From positions 1,942 through 65,941 of the forward strand of contig CALAJV010000024.1 in NCBI GenBank assembly GCA_937922805.1: a stretch of 64,000 bases of DNA. The letters are read 5' to 3'. A model generated the notes under the pieces. That model worked only from the letters and a program-made list of their open reading frames with translations. It had not been told where the DNA came from and did no database searches. How positions within the stretch are numbered: position 1 is the first letter of the stretch; the number at the start of each line of letters is the position of its first letter. The stretch is from an uncultured Acidimicrobiales bacterium. Lineage in GTDB: Bacteria; Actinomycetota; Acidimicrobiia; Acidimicrobiales; SZUA-35. The position numbers and the translations under genes were made by a program. Below, in pieces: positions 21,535-31,183 of the stretch.

Positions 21535-23021
21535 GCGATGCCCAAATGCCAACTGCCGCTGAGATAGCGGCCGACGTTAGAACTGGAGCTACTACCGCCA
21601 TTGACGTGGTTGAGCGACACTTAGCGCTCATTGCAAGCTCCGACACCGAGATTCACGCTTTTCATACCGTGGCTGAAGAAGCGGCTCGATCAGCAGCCGC
21701 CGGGGTTGATGAGGCTGTTGCCGCGGGGCGAGATCCGGGCCCGCTAGCGGGCGTGCCAGTAGCGATCAAAGACAACATGTGCACAAGGGGGATTCCCACT
21801 ACGTGCTCATCGAAGATTCTAGAGAATTGGGTACCCCCCTACGACGCCACTGTTGTCACCAGGCTTCGTGAAGCTGGGGCGATTGTAATTGGCAAAACTA
21901 ATCTTGATGAATTCGCTATGGGCTCATCGACCGAGAACTCTGCCTTCGGCCCGACCCGGAACCCAGTAGACCCCACTCGTGTTCCTGGTGGATCTTCAGG
22001 TGGCTCCGCGGCCGCCGTTGCTGCTGGATTCGCCCCGCTCTCCCTTGGCTCCGACACCGGTGGTTCAATCCGTCAACCAGCAGCACTGTGCGGTGTCGTG
22101 GGCATGAAGCCAACATATGGTTCGGTTAGTCGGTACGGTCTGGTCGCTTTCGCTAGCTCGCTGGATCAGATCGGTCCGTTCTCGACTTCGGTGGCCGAAA
22201 GCGCGTTAGCTTTCGACGTGCTAGCCGGACCCGACGGGCGAGATTCGACCTCGATACCTCAACCTCACCAACCAGTCCTGCCGGTACTTGGCGAGGGAGT
22301 TGAGGGCCTCCGAATCGGGATAATCAACGAGCTAAGCGGCCGAGCGGGTGGCGATATCGCTGAAGGGTTCGAGTCCGAAGTCGTGGCCCAAGCAGAAGCA
22401 GCCGCCGATGCTCTTACCGCCGCCGGAGCCAAAGTAGATGAAGTTTCTATCCCATCAGCGGTCGCCGGACTCTCGGCCTACTACATGATCGCTCCAGCCG
22501 AAGCATCTTCTAATTTGGCCCGCTACGACGGTGTCCGATACGGCTTACGCCACGACGGCCCGAACACTGCCTCCATGATGGCGGCATCACGAACCGCAGG
22601 ATTCGGCGATGAGGTAAAACGACGAATCATGGTTGGAACGTATGCGTTGTCGGCTGGGTACTACGATGCGTTCTACGGTAAGGCCCAGAGAATTCGGACC
22701 TTGATGATCACCGAGTTCGACAAGGTCTATGAGGATTTCGATCTTCTACTGTCGCCGACATCCCCCTGCGTCGCCTTCCCATTTGGAGCCAAGGCCGACC
22801 CAATCACGATGTACTACAACGACGTTTGCACAATTCCGTCAAACCTGACCGGTCACCCTGCCATCTCAGTCCCGTTCGGAACCGGAGAAGCTGGCTTGCC
22901 GGTCGGCGTTCAAATCCTGGGTCCAATGCTGGCGGAGGGCGCCATCTACCGGGCCGCTGAGGTGTTAGAACAAGCGGCGGCGAAACTAGCTGGCGCGTCG
23001 GCCAACGAAGGAGGCCAGTAA
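21531..23021 (+). CDS. gatA: Asp-tRNA(Asn)/Glu-tRNA(Gln) amidotransferase subunit A
   Basis: Amidase signature GGSSGGSAAAVA, IKDN and GSDTGGSIRQPA. Confidence 0.95.
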   Translation: MSDAQMPTAAEIAADVRTGATTAIDVVERHLALIASSDTEIHAFHTVAEEAARSAAAGVDEAVAAGRDPGPLAGVPVAIKDNMCTRGIPTTCSSKILENWVPPYDATVVTRLREAGAIVIGKTNLDEFAMGSSTENSAFGPTRNPVDPTRVPGGSSGGSAAAVAAGFAPLSLGSDTGGSIRQPAALCGVVGMKPTYGSVSRYGLVAFASSLDQIGPFSTSVAESALAFDVLAGPDGRDSTSIPQPHQPVLPVLGEGVEGLRIGIINELSGRAGGDIAEGFESEVVAQAEAAADALTAAGAKVDEVSIPSAVAGLSAYYMIAPAEASSNLARYDGVRYGLRHDGPNTASMMAASRTAGFGDEVKRRIMVGTYALSAGYYDAFYGKAQRIRTLMITEFDKVYEDFDLLLSPTSPCVAFPFGAKADPITMYYNDVCTIPSNLTGHPAISVPFGTGEAGLPVGVQILGPMLAEGAIYRAAEVLEQAAAKLAGASANEGGQ

Positions 23022-24502
23022 TGAGCACTCAGTCAGAAACAAGCACGCAAACGGACACCGAACCGTTTGAAGAGTCGGTTTTACCTGAGGGCTGGGAACT
23101 AGTTGTCGGGCTAGAAGTGCATGCCGAGTTGGCCACTGAGACCAAAATGTTCTCGCCAGCAAAGAACGAGTTTGGGGGAGAGCCGAATACCAACATTCAT
23201 CCGGTTTGCCTCGGACTCCCAGGTACGTTGCCGGTAGTTAACAAAAAAGCGGTCGAGCTGTCGATCCGAGTTGGCCTCGCTTTGGGGTGCACTATTCAAC
23301 GCTGTATCTGGGCCAGAAAGAACTATTTCTATCCCGATATGCCGAAGGATTACCAGATAAGCCAATACGACCAGCCGCTGAACGTTGACGGTCGCTTAGA
23401 TTTGCCATCTGGTTCCTCCGTCGGCATCGAACGGGCCCACATGGAAGAAGATACTGGCAAGTCAACCCACATCGGGACTTCAGGTCGAATCCACGACGCT
23501 GGCTACTCGTTGGTCGACTACAACCGAGCTGGCGTTCCCCTGATCGAGATCGTTTCTCGTCCCGACATTCGAGGCCCAGAACAAGCAAAAGAATATGTCG
23601 ATGAACTTCGATCAATCCTGGTCACCATCGGCGCCAGTGACGGAAAAATGGAAGAAGGTTCACTGCGAGTCGACGCAAACGTTTCTGTTCGACCGGTTGG
23701 TTCTGACGAGCTAAGGACTCGGTGCGAAGTCAAGAACGTCAACTCGCTCCGATCTCTCGGTCGGGCCATCACCTACGAAGCTCAACGCCACGTTGATTTG
23801 TACAACGCGGGAGATTCGCCCCGGTTAGAAACCCGACACTGGGATGAGGAGGACGGCAGGACCCGCAGTGGTAGATCGAAGGAAGACGCCGAAGATTATC
23901 GGTACTTTGCCGACCCCGATCTCGTTCCGATTGAACCGTCAAAAGAGTGGATTGACGAGATTCGGGCCGCACTACCAGCATTGCCACGCGACCGCAGAAA
24001 CGCCTTGCTAGCAAGGAACGCTGATCCTCATGCCGCCGCTATGGCAGTGGCTCGCGATCTTGACCGACTCGCCCTCGACGCGATTGATGCTGGCGCCGAT
24101 GTTGACAGCGTCTTGAAGCACGTGGCCAACAATCTGGCCGTCGACGGGGCAGAGACGCTTGACCCAGCGGCCTTCGCTGAACTGGTCAAAATGGAGACGG
24201 GCGGTGCATTGACTGCGACCCAAGCGAAACAGGTATTGGCCGAAATGGTTGAGAAAGGCGGCGAGCCGGCCCGGATAGCCCAATCTCACGGTTTTGAGGC
24301 GATGGACACCGGAGAGCTTGAGTCGTTGGTGGATCAGGTTATCGCCGACAACCCAGAAGAATGGGAACGGTTCGTCGGTGGGGACGACAAGGCCCGGCAG
24401 AAAATGCAAGGCTTCTTTACTGGTCAGATTATGAAAGCGACCAAAGGCCAGGCTGACGGCAAAATTGTCAATCAGCTACTTATGGCCAAAGCGAAGAGCT
24501 GA
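23021..24502 (+). CDS. gatB: Asp-tRNA(Asn)/Glu-tRNA(Gln) amidotransferase subunit B
   Basis: GLEVHAEL, KMFS, CLGLPGTLP, MEEDTGKS and a C-terminal YqeY-like tail. TAATG overlap with gatA. Confidence 0.95.
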   Translation: MSTQSETSTQTDTEPFEESVLPEGWELVVGLEVHAELATETKMFSPAKNEFGGEPNTNIHPVCLGLPGTLPVVNKKAVELSIRVGLALGCTIQRCIWARKNYFYPDMPKDYQISQYDQPLNVDGRLDLPSGSSVGIERAHMEEDTGKSTHIGTSGRIHDAGYSLVDYNRAGVPLIEIVSRPDIRGPEQAKEYVDELRSILVTIGASDGKMEEGSLRVDANVSVRPVGSDELRTRCEVKNVNSLRSLGRAITYEAQRHVDLYNAGDSPRLETRHWDEEDGRTRSGRSKEDAEDYRYFADPDLVPIEPSKEWIDEIRAALPALPRDRRNALLARNADPHAAAMAVARDLDRLALDAIDAGADVDSVLKHVANNLAVDGAETLDPAAFAELVKMETGGALTATQAKQVLAEMVEKGGEPARIAQSHGFEAMDTGELESLVDQVIADNPEEWERFVGGDDKARQKMQGFFTGQIMKATKGQADGKIVNQLLMAKAKS

Positions 24503-24603
24503 ACTGGCTAGCAATGCCGAGCCACATCGAATAAGAGCGGTACGGAACGAAAATAGTTTCGGTTTCTGGTAAACCGAATAGCACAGTCAAGCATCTAGAG
24601 GGT

Positions 24604-25254
24604 ATGAGCGTGGCTATTTTTGACTACGGGGCAAGGGAGCGTGCTGAGCGTCAGCACGCGCCTGAGTCGACCGAGTCCAAACGGTCCAATGAAGGTGGCC
24701 CCGCTCGTCGAGGGCATCGACCGCGCCCACAAGTCCAATCGGTGCCAAGCTACGATCTTTCCGCTCTGTACGACCAGCACTATCGTTCCTTAGTGAAGCT
24801 TGCGTCAATGTATGTAGACACGAGTGAGGCCGCGGAAGAGGTCGTGCAAGACGCCTTCGTGAAGCTTGTCGCCGGGAACTACGTGATTGTTCAGGGTCGA
24901 GAAGTCGCATACCTCAGGCGAATGGTTCTCAATGGTGCTCGATCGTTGCTCAGAAAACGTCGAGTTCGTCGCCTACACCCACCAGACAAACCAGGTTTGG
25001 TTGCCGCTGCGGAGGTTTCCGGTGTCGCCAACACCGAACGAGACGAAATGCTGGCTGCGCTTCGGGAGCTACCAGAAAAGCAAGCCGCCGTTCTAATCCT
25101 GCGTTACTACCTGGACCTGTCCGAAGCCGACATCGCCGAAACGCTAGGAATGGCTCCAGGCTCAGTTAAGTCGCACGCTCACCGAGGGCTAAAAAAGTTG
25201 GAGAATGTCTTCGGTCCGAACCGGCTCGGTCATCCGTCGGGAGACAATCGATGA
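24604..25254 (+). CDS. ECF-type RNA polymerase sigma factor
   Basis: Region 2 (YDQHYRSLVKLASMYV..AEEVVQDAFVKL) and region 4 HTH (LPEKQAAVLILRYYLDLSEADIAETLGMAPGSVKSHAHRGLKKL). Confidence 0.85.
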   Translation: MSVAIFDYGARERAERQHAPESTESKRSNEGGPARRGHRPRPQVQSVPSYDLSALYDQHYRSLVKLASMYVDTSEAAEEVVQDAFVKLVAGNYVIVQGREVAYLRRMVLNGARSLLRKRRVRRLHPPDKPGLVAAAEVSGVANTERDEMLAALRELPEKQAAVLILRYYLDLSEADIAETLGMAPGSVKSHAHRGLKKLENVFGPNRLGHPSGDNR

Positions 25255-26966
25255 GTTCTGAAGTCAATTCTGAAGCCAACGGATCGGATCGGAGTCCCAT
25301 CGAAGATCATCTAGTTCAAGCCATGGGCGCGCAAGCCGAGAGGGTTGAGCCATTGTCTGGTTCCTATGAACGACTAGAGGCCGCGCTCAAGTATCAGTCT
25401 CGGCCGTCGAAACGATCTCGGCTTGGTCGTCCGATCGCTATCGCAGCGGCCAGCCTCGCCGTTGTCGGGCTCGGTGCATTCGCTGTTTCGCAACAACCGA
25501 GAACAGAAGTTGCAACCAGTTCCGGTGGTGGTCAAACAATTAGTCCAACCGATGACGGAGCGAGCGGCGATCAACAAGGTAACACCGAAGGCCAACCCGG
25601 TGACGTCGATCGGGGTGAGTCCGCTGAGAATAGCTCTTCTGGTGCTTCTCAACAGCAGAACCAAGCGGACCCGTCGACCGAAATCGATGACAGTTCGGCA
25701 TCCTCCGAAGGGGGCCCAGAGGAAAGGGCAAACGTCGACGCTCCATCTGAGGATCAGCTGCAAGCCGAAATCGCCGCTCAGCAGTTTGCCCCGGTTGGGT
25801 CATCTCGTTCCAGCGCCGTCCGGTCGTATTTGCACTTGATCGATGGGAACCGGAGCGAGTTCGATGCCAAGATTAACGATTTGCCAACTGGGCCCGATCA
25901 AGATCCAGTCGTAGTACCGATTACTAGCGGGGAGGTTGTCATTGCCGAGTTGATCGTCGCTGAGATCGACGATGGGTTCACCGTGATTGGTCATAGCCCC
26001 AACGATGATCTAGCGATCGATGATATCGACACATCAAGAGCGGCCGACGGAATCGTCACCATTACTGGAGCTGGCAGCGGATTCGAAGGAAGTGCATACG
26101 TCGAGTTTTTCTCTGTCGGCGATGGCCGGTTGCTAGCATCAGCCACAGTTCCGGTCGGGAGTTTTGACGAGCCGAAATCGTTTACGGTCGACGTTCCGGT
26201 AATTGGTTATGAACAGGCAGTGGTCGTTCTTAGATCGCTAACCCCAGTTGAGTTCGATCCGGAGTTCGTTGCGGCAACGGTTACCTACGACGGACCGGAT
26301 GACAATAGCGACTACGTGGTCGTCAGGGTCGCCGCCGATGACCCCGACGGTGGCTTGGTGATGCGCCAGGGCCCAGGAACTCAGTTTGAGCGGGTTGCCG
26401 TTATCGAACCTGGTTCTAGTCCAGTTGCCCGGCTACACGACTTCGCTCCCTACTTGGTGGATTCCGAAGTTTGGTGGAACGTGGTGAACAGTGATGGCAC
26501 CGAAGGTTGGGTCAACAGCGCATTTCTTGCTCGTAGGTCAACACCGACAGCTCGACAGCTGGCTACCGCCGATGATGTTCTGATTCAGATAAGGGATGAC
26601 AGCTACGAATCTATTCCGTTCGCTCGCCGGGTCGCTGTCGGGTCTTTCTCGAGCCCGCAGCAAATTTCGGGCCAAGAACTCGTCAGCAGCCAACGTTGGA
26701 CCGAGCCTCGTCGACTGCCCGAGGGTGACGAAGTACTGTTTGAAGGTTCCTTGGAGCAGTTCTTCAATGTTGAGGAGTCCACTCTTTTCGAGATCGAGTC
26801 GGATGAGAGCGCCTCACCGGAGCTTCAAAACTACTTCGGAGGGTTGGCGTCACAGGTCGCCGAGATTCGGCGACTCGATCAATCAGTTCACCGAGTTCAC
26901 GTGTTCTACGAGCCGACACCGGGTGGGATTCAAGTCATCGGTCTGATAAGTGAGCCGATCTCATAA
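25251..26966 (+). CDS. single-pass membrane protein with extracytoplasmic Gmad2-like and SH3b-like regions; candidate anti-sigma/partner of the ECF sigma
   Basis: ATGA overlap with the sigma gene. It has a ~60-aa cytoplasmic N-terminus, a TM (IAIAAASLAVVGLGAFAV) and an acidic low-complexity linker. An SH3b-like segment follows (LVMRQGPGTQFERVAVIEPG...WWNVVNSDGTEGWVNSAFL). Confidence 0.7.
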   Translation: MSSEVNSEANGSDRSPIEDHLVQAMGAQAERVEPLSGSYERLEAALKYQSRPSKRSRLGRPIAIAAASLAVVGLGAFAVSQQPRTEVATSSGGGQTISPTDDGASGDQQGNTEGQPGDVDRGESAENSSSGASQQQNQADPSTEIDDSSASSEGGPEERANVDAPSEDQLQAEIAAQQFAPVGSSRSSAVRSYLHLIDGNRSEFDAKINDLPTGPDQDPVVVPITSGEVVIAELIVAEIDDGFTVIGHSPNDDLAIDDIDTSRAADGIVTITGAGSGFEGSAYVEFFSVGDGRLLASATVPVGSFDEPKSFTVDVPVIGYEQAVVVLRSLTPVEFDPEFVAATVTYDGPDDNSDYVVVRVAADDPDGGLVMRQGPGTQFERVAVIEPGSSPVARLHDFAPYLVDSEVWWNVVNSDGTEGWVNSAFLARRSTPTARQLATADDVLIQIRDDSYESIPFARRVAVGSFSSPQQISGQELVSSQRWTEPRRLPEGDEVLFEGSLEQFFNVEESTLFEIESDESASPELQNYFGGLASQVAEIRRLDQSVHRVHVFYEPTPGGIQVIGLISEPIS

Positions 26967-27013
26967 CTCATTCAAAGCTAAGCGGCGGCGCTAATCCTAT
27001 AACGTTTGAAGGT

Positions 27014-28351
27014 TTAGGCCGGTGCGCCCAAAACGGCCCATTGGTCCGTCAGCCAGCGTCGCCACAAGAATAAGGCTCTTAGCAGCATAAAAAAGGTAAG
27101 TGCTGCCCACAACAAGTTGAGAGTGGCCCCGACCTGAAGAACGAGCCAGGCCAAAGCAGCGAACACGGCAGCCGAAACCAACATGGTCTTTCCTAGGTAA
27201 TCCATATCGCCAGCCCCGATCAGAATTCCATCTAACGCGAACACGTAACCGTTCAGCGGCTCAGTAACGGCCACCCAAACTAGGACGACGCCGGTTGCGG
27301 CTACGACCGATGGGTCGTTGCTGAATAGTCCAGCCAGTTGGTTTCGGGTCAAGAAAACTATGAGTCCAGCGACTGCTCCAAAAGCAACGTCAATTTGAAT
27401 CATTCGTTGAGCTGCCCCTTTTGCTTTCTCGACAACACCTGCTCCCAACCACCGACCGGTCAGCGCTTGCCCAGCGATGGCTACCGCATCAAGTCCCAAC
27501 GCCAACGTGGACCACACCTGAAGCGCCACTTGGTGGGCTGCGAGTTCAGCCACTCCGATCCGGGCTGCTACCGCCGCGCCGAGTGTGAAAGAGCCGCGGA
27601 GCGCCACGGCTCGCAACATCAACGCCCGACCGACGTTCATCAGGTTGGCCATCGCGGCGAAGTCAGGACGGGGCGAAACACCTTGAGTTTTACTCCACCG
27701 GAGTAGACCAATGGCAAAGGCAATGCCCGCGCACACTTGAGCGATCACCGTCGACAGCGCAGACGCCCCGATGCCAAACCCTAGGACGTTGATAAGTAAC
27801 AGCTCGATACAAAGGTTGGCGATAGCAGCCGTAACCGCAATGGCGAGAGGGGTTCGAGTGTTCTGACGACCGTTGAACGACCCGCCACCGGCTAGAGCGA
27901 TGAGGAGAAAAGGTAGACCGAGCAGACTTATTCTAAGGTAAATCAGTCCTTCCTGTAGCGGCTGACCGCTGCCACCGAGCCAAACCATCAGAGGTTTGCC
28001 GAAGAAGTACAGCGCAATCGAAGCGAGCACGCCGAGTATGGCCGCCAACCAAAGGCCCTGAGTAGATTGTTTTGCTGCTTCGTGTTCGTCATCAGCGCCG
28101 ATGAGCCGAGCCACCGTGGCTGTTGTCCCGTAGGCAAGAAACAACAGAAACGAATGAACGCTGAGGAGTATGGTGGAGGCCAACGCTAGGCCGGCCAACT
28201 GATCAGTGCCGAGCCGGCCGACGATGGCGGTGTCGACCAAAACATAAAGTGGTTCAGCCACCAACGTGCCGAACGCAGGAATAGCAAGGCGGGCAATCTC
28301 TGAGTCGTATGGCGATCGAATCATGGCCGTAAGCGACCTTTTGTGCCCCAC
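27014..28351 (-). CDS. MATE family efflux transporter
   Basis: 445 aa with 12 hydrophobic spans. N-terminal ...IARLAIPAFGTLVAEPLYVLVDTAIVGRLG is typical of MATE/DinF. Confidence 0.9.
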   Translation of the reverse strand: MGHKRSLTAMIRSPYDSEIARLAIPAFGTLVAEPLYVLVDTAIVGRLGTDQLAGLALASTILLSVHSFLLFLAYGTTATVARLIGADDEHEAAKQSTQGLWLAAILGVLASIALYFFGKPLMVWLGGSGQPLQEGLIYLRISLLGLPFLLIALAGGGSFNGRQNTRTPLAIAVTAAIANLCIELLLINVLGFGIGASALSTVIAQVCAGIAFAIGLLRWSKTQGVSPRPDFAAMANLMNVGRALMLRAVALRGSFTLGAAVAARIGVAELAAHQVALQVWSTLALGLDAVAIAGQALTGRWLGAGVVEKAKGAAQRMIQIDVAFGAVAGLIVFLTRNQLAGLFSNDPSVVAATGVVLVWVAVTEPLNGYVFALDGILIGAGDMDYLGKTMLVSAAVFAALAWLVLQVGATLNLLWAALTFFMLLRALFLWRRWLTDQWAVLGAPA

Positions 28352-28460
28352 CCTGCCAGTATGGGCCTTGTTTGACCAGAACCATCGGTACCAGACTGCT
28401 AGACAACGAAGCGCTCAATCGTCACAGTAAAGTGGCCGGCTACCAACGGTAAAGTAAGGT

Positions 28461-29297
28461 ATGGCGCTTCCTCCCCAATCGGAAATCCCTACCTGCTACC
28501 GGCATCCGAACGTCTCATCTGCCGTTGGCTGCCAACGGTGCGCCAAGCCGATTTGTGCTAATTGTATGTCAGCTGCATCGGTCGGACACCATTGTCCCGA
28601 TTGTGCAAAAGGGGGAAGTCAGCAGATCTTCACCGCTCGAAACATGCCACAGTCGCAACCAGTGCTGACTATTGGAATCATGGCCACCTGCGTCGCCGCC
28701 TACCTCGGACAGCGAGCCACCCAAGGTGCGTTAACTAACGATGGTTTCTTGATCGGTCCAGCGGTTGCCAATGGCGAATACTGGCGGATCATAACCTCGG
28801 CATTTCTCCACGGCGGGATGATGCATATCCTCTTTAACTTGTGGGCACTTTGGGTGTTTGGCAAACCGTTAGAAGAGGCGGTTGGTCGCCTCAAGTTCGG
28901 AATTATCTATCTCGCAGGCCTCCTAGGCGGTGCGTTTGCTGTTGTGGCCTTCAATTTCTTAACACCAACCCTCGGAGCCTCGGGCGCCGTTCTCGGTTGC
29001 GCCGGAGCATTAGCGGCGCTGCTTTGGGCCCGAGGGATTAAGATCTGGGAGACCCCACTTGGGTTCATCTTCCTGCTCAACCTCGGACTTCCGCTTTTGC
29101 CGGGGACGAACATTTCCTTTTGGGGTCACTTTGGGGGAATGGTCGGAGGATTCCTCGCCGGTTGGTTGCTTTACCTGCTGCCAAGTCAGCGCCGCGACTT
29201 GCCAATGGCCGGTCTCATCGGTGCCGGTGCAGCGTTGTGTGTCGCGTTGGCGGTTGGAACCGTCTTGATCGCCAACAACGGCGGGCTTGTCGGTTAG
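28461..29297 (+). CDS. rhomboid-family intramembrane serine protease with N-terminal Cys-rich zinc-ribbon
   Basis: N-terminal CYRHP..CQRCAKPICANC...CPDC. Rhomboid motifs WRIITSAFLHGGMMHILFN, catalytic GASGAVLG and HFGGMVGG. Confidence 0.85.
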   Translation: MALPPQSEIPTCYRHPNVSSAVGCQRCAKPICANCMSAASVGHHCPDCAKGGSQQIFTARNMPQSQPVLTIGIMATCVAAYLGQRATQGALTNDGFLIGPAVANGEYWRIITSAFLHGGMMHILFNLWALWVFGKPLEEAVGRLKFGIIYLAGLLGGAFAVVAFNFLTPTLGASGAVLGCAGALAALLWARGIKIWETPLGFIFLLNLGLPLLPGTNISFWGHFGGMVGGFLAGWLLYLLPSQRRDLPMAGLIGAGAALCVALAVGTVLIANNGGLVG

Positions 29298-29310
29298 CGC
29301 CTCTTTTGCC

Positions 29311-30003
29311 TCAGCCGAGGTGTTGGCTCAGAAACTGCTGAGTTCGTTCCCAGGCTATGTCGGCTGCCGCTTGATCGAAGGTATCTCCATCTTCAAAGAA
29401 CCAATGCTTGGTATCGGGGTACAGATGGAACTCGGTTTCCCGCCCACCGAGACGAATGAAAGACTCGGTTACCACCCGGTCTTCTTCGCTCACCATGTGA
29501 TCGTCGCCGGCGTAGTGGCCTTGGTAGGAAGCAGTGGCGTCATCGAAGTCGATGGATTGCGTTCCGTAGAACGTAACAACAGCCCCTACTTCGGTGGTGA
29601 GGCGAGCCGAAAGCCACAATGCCATTGAGGCTCCCATCGAAAAACCGATCACTGCAATAGGCTCGGATGCGTCTTTGGAAGCCGCTCGAACAGTTTGGGC
29701 TGACGACATCACCAGTCCACTAAGTTCATCGGGGTCGACGCTGGCTAGTGCCTCTTGGCCTTCAGCTTCATTCGCTGGCGTTTGGCCAGCGAGTAAGTCT
29801 GGGGCTAAAGCGGTGTAGCCGCTTTGGGCTAGGCGGCCGCAGAATTCCTTTACCCATGGGGTTAGCCCCCACCAAGAATGAAGAACGAGCACCCCGGGAC
29901 CGGGACCACCAGCAGGGTCGATCAAAAACGCCTCGCCAGCCTTGGCTTTGGTAAAGGGGGAGCTAGATTCGGACGACTCAGAGCTAGACATATCCTGGTG
30001 CAC
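29311..30003 (-). CDS. dienelactone hydrolase family alpha/beta hydrolase
   Basis: PGVLVLHSWWGLTPWVKEFCGRLAQSGYTALAPDL, a nucleophile elbow GFSMGA and a C-terminal ...HWFFE. Confidence 0.85.
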   Translation of the reverse strand: MHQDMSSSESSESSSPFTKAKAGEAFLIDPAGGPGPGVLVLHSWWGLTPWVKEFCGRLAQSGYTALAPDLLAGQTPANEAEGQEALASVDPDELSGLVMSSAQTVRAASKDASEPIAVIGFSMGASMALWLSARLTTEVGAVVTFYGTQSIDFDDATASYQGHYAGDDHMVSEEDRVVTESFIRLGGRETEFHLYPDTKHWFFEDGDTFDQAAADIAWERTQQFLSQHLG

Positions 30004-30376
30004 TCTACCTGCTCAGCTCTGCCGGTTTGTGCATCCAATCTCGTTGGCTAGGCGACGATACGAGCTAGCTAGTTCGGTATAGGCTACGTGTCGGCCAAGC
30101 GGGATTGGTTGAGTTCTAGCTAAGGCGGTGGCCTGGTCGATAGGGAAAGAATAGTTTGTCTGGCCTAACCGACCCAACCACCACGGGCCGAGAGCAAAAC
30201 CATCGCTGACCCAAGTCGGCGATGGACGAACGAAATCTCCGAATTCGGGGAACTTTCAATGGTCCATCGCCGTTAGAACAACACGACCTGACAAAGTTCG
30301 TCTCTCGAAATTCGACGAACCTAATAGCTAACAACCCAAACGACTGCAGGGTCCAGAAGAAGAGGGAGTAAAACAG

Positions 30377-31084
30377 TTGCGTGAGTTCCTTGAAATAGTG
30401 ACCAGTCTGCCAACCGTAATTTTCACCGTGTCGTTGTTGGTAAGCCTTGGCTACTGGATGATCTCAACTGCCCTAGGATTCGGCGACTCTGGACTCGACG
30501 GGGATCTAGAACTCGACGCCGATTTTGAAGTAGACCTTGATGTTGGAACCGATATAGAGCCCGATATCGAGCTCGAAAGCTCGATCGATTCTGGAGTCGG
30601 TGGTGGGGGACTTGAATTTGGGTCGTTCATGACCATGATCGGTCTTCACCTGATGCCGCTTAGTCTCGTTTTCACCGTGACGTCACTTGTTGGGTGGCTT
30701 CTCTCGATAACGATGGCAGTGGCGGTCGGCAATTACACCAGCGTCGGCCTCTTGATTGGGATCGGTATCTTTGTGTTGGCCCTCTTCGGCGGTTTCATCG
30801 CGTCCGGTCGGGTAGCTCGATTAGTTGCCCCGATATTTCGGATGCAACGAGCGGCCGGTCATCAGCAGCTAGTCGGACGGATGTGCGTACTACGAACCGG
30901 GCGGGTCGACCAAGAATTCGGTCAAGCAGAAGTAGTCGATAATGATGGCGGGTCTCACCTCGTCCAAGTCCGGTGCCGGGAACAGAACCAGTTAAAGGCC
31001 GGTGACCAAGCACTTTTAGTTGACGTGGACGACGGAGTTTTTTACTTGTCAGATGACATCGACGTTCTTCGTGACAACACGTAG
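30377..31084 (+). CDS. YqiJ/NfeD-like membrane protein (membrane anchor plus C-terminal OB-like soluble domain)
   Basis: TTG start preceded by AGAAGAGGGAG. N-terminal TM, an acidic linker (DGDLELDADFEVDLDVGTDIEPDIELE), 2-3 further TMs, and a C-terminal beta-rich tail (GRMCVLRTGRVDQEFGQAEVV...VQVRC...GDQALLVDV). This is the same layout as E. coli YqiJ, and it precedes a flotillin gene. Confidence 0.7.
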   Translation: MREFLEIVTSLPTVIFTVSLLVSLGYWMISTALGFGDSGLDGDLELDADFEVDLDVGTDIEPDIELESSIDSGVGGGGLEFGSFMTMIGLHLMPLSLVFTVTSLVGWLLSITMAVAVGNYTSVGLLIGIGIFVLALFGGFIASGRVARLVAPIFRMQRAAGHQQLVGRMCVLRTGRVDQEFGQAEVVDNDGGSHLVQVRCREQNQLKAGDQALLVDVDDGVFYLSDDIDVLRDNT

Positions 31085-31183
31085 CAATAGAAATTTGCAA
31101 CGACCGGCAGTGAACACAAGTAGCAATGGCAACCAGAACTTCAAACAAACATCGGAACAAAGAAAGCGGCAGGTAGTAACGAT

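Noticed and set aside
24544-24575. GGAAC motif upstream of the ECF sigma gene as an autoregulated ECF promoter
   Set aside because: No suitably spaced (16-17 nt) CGT/GTT-type -10 element follows. The nearest CGGTT is only ~11 nt away, so I do not call a promoter.
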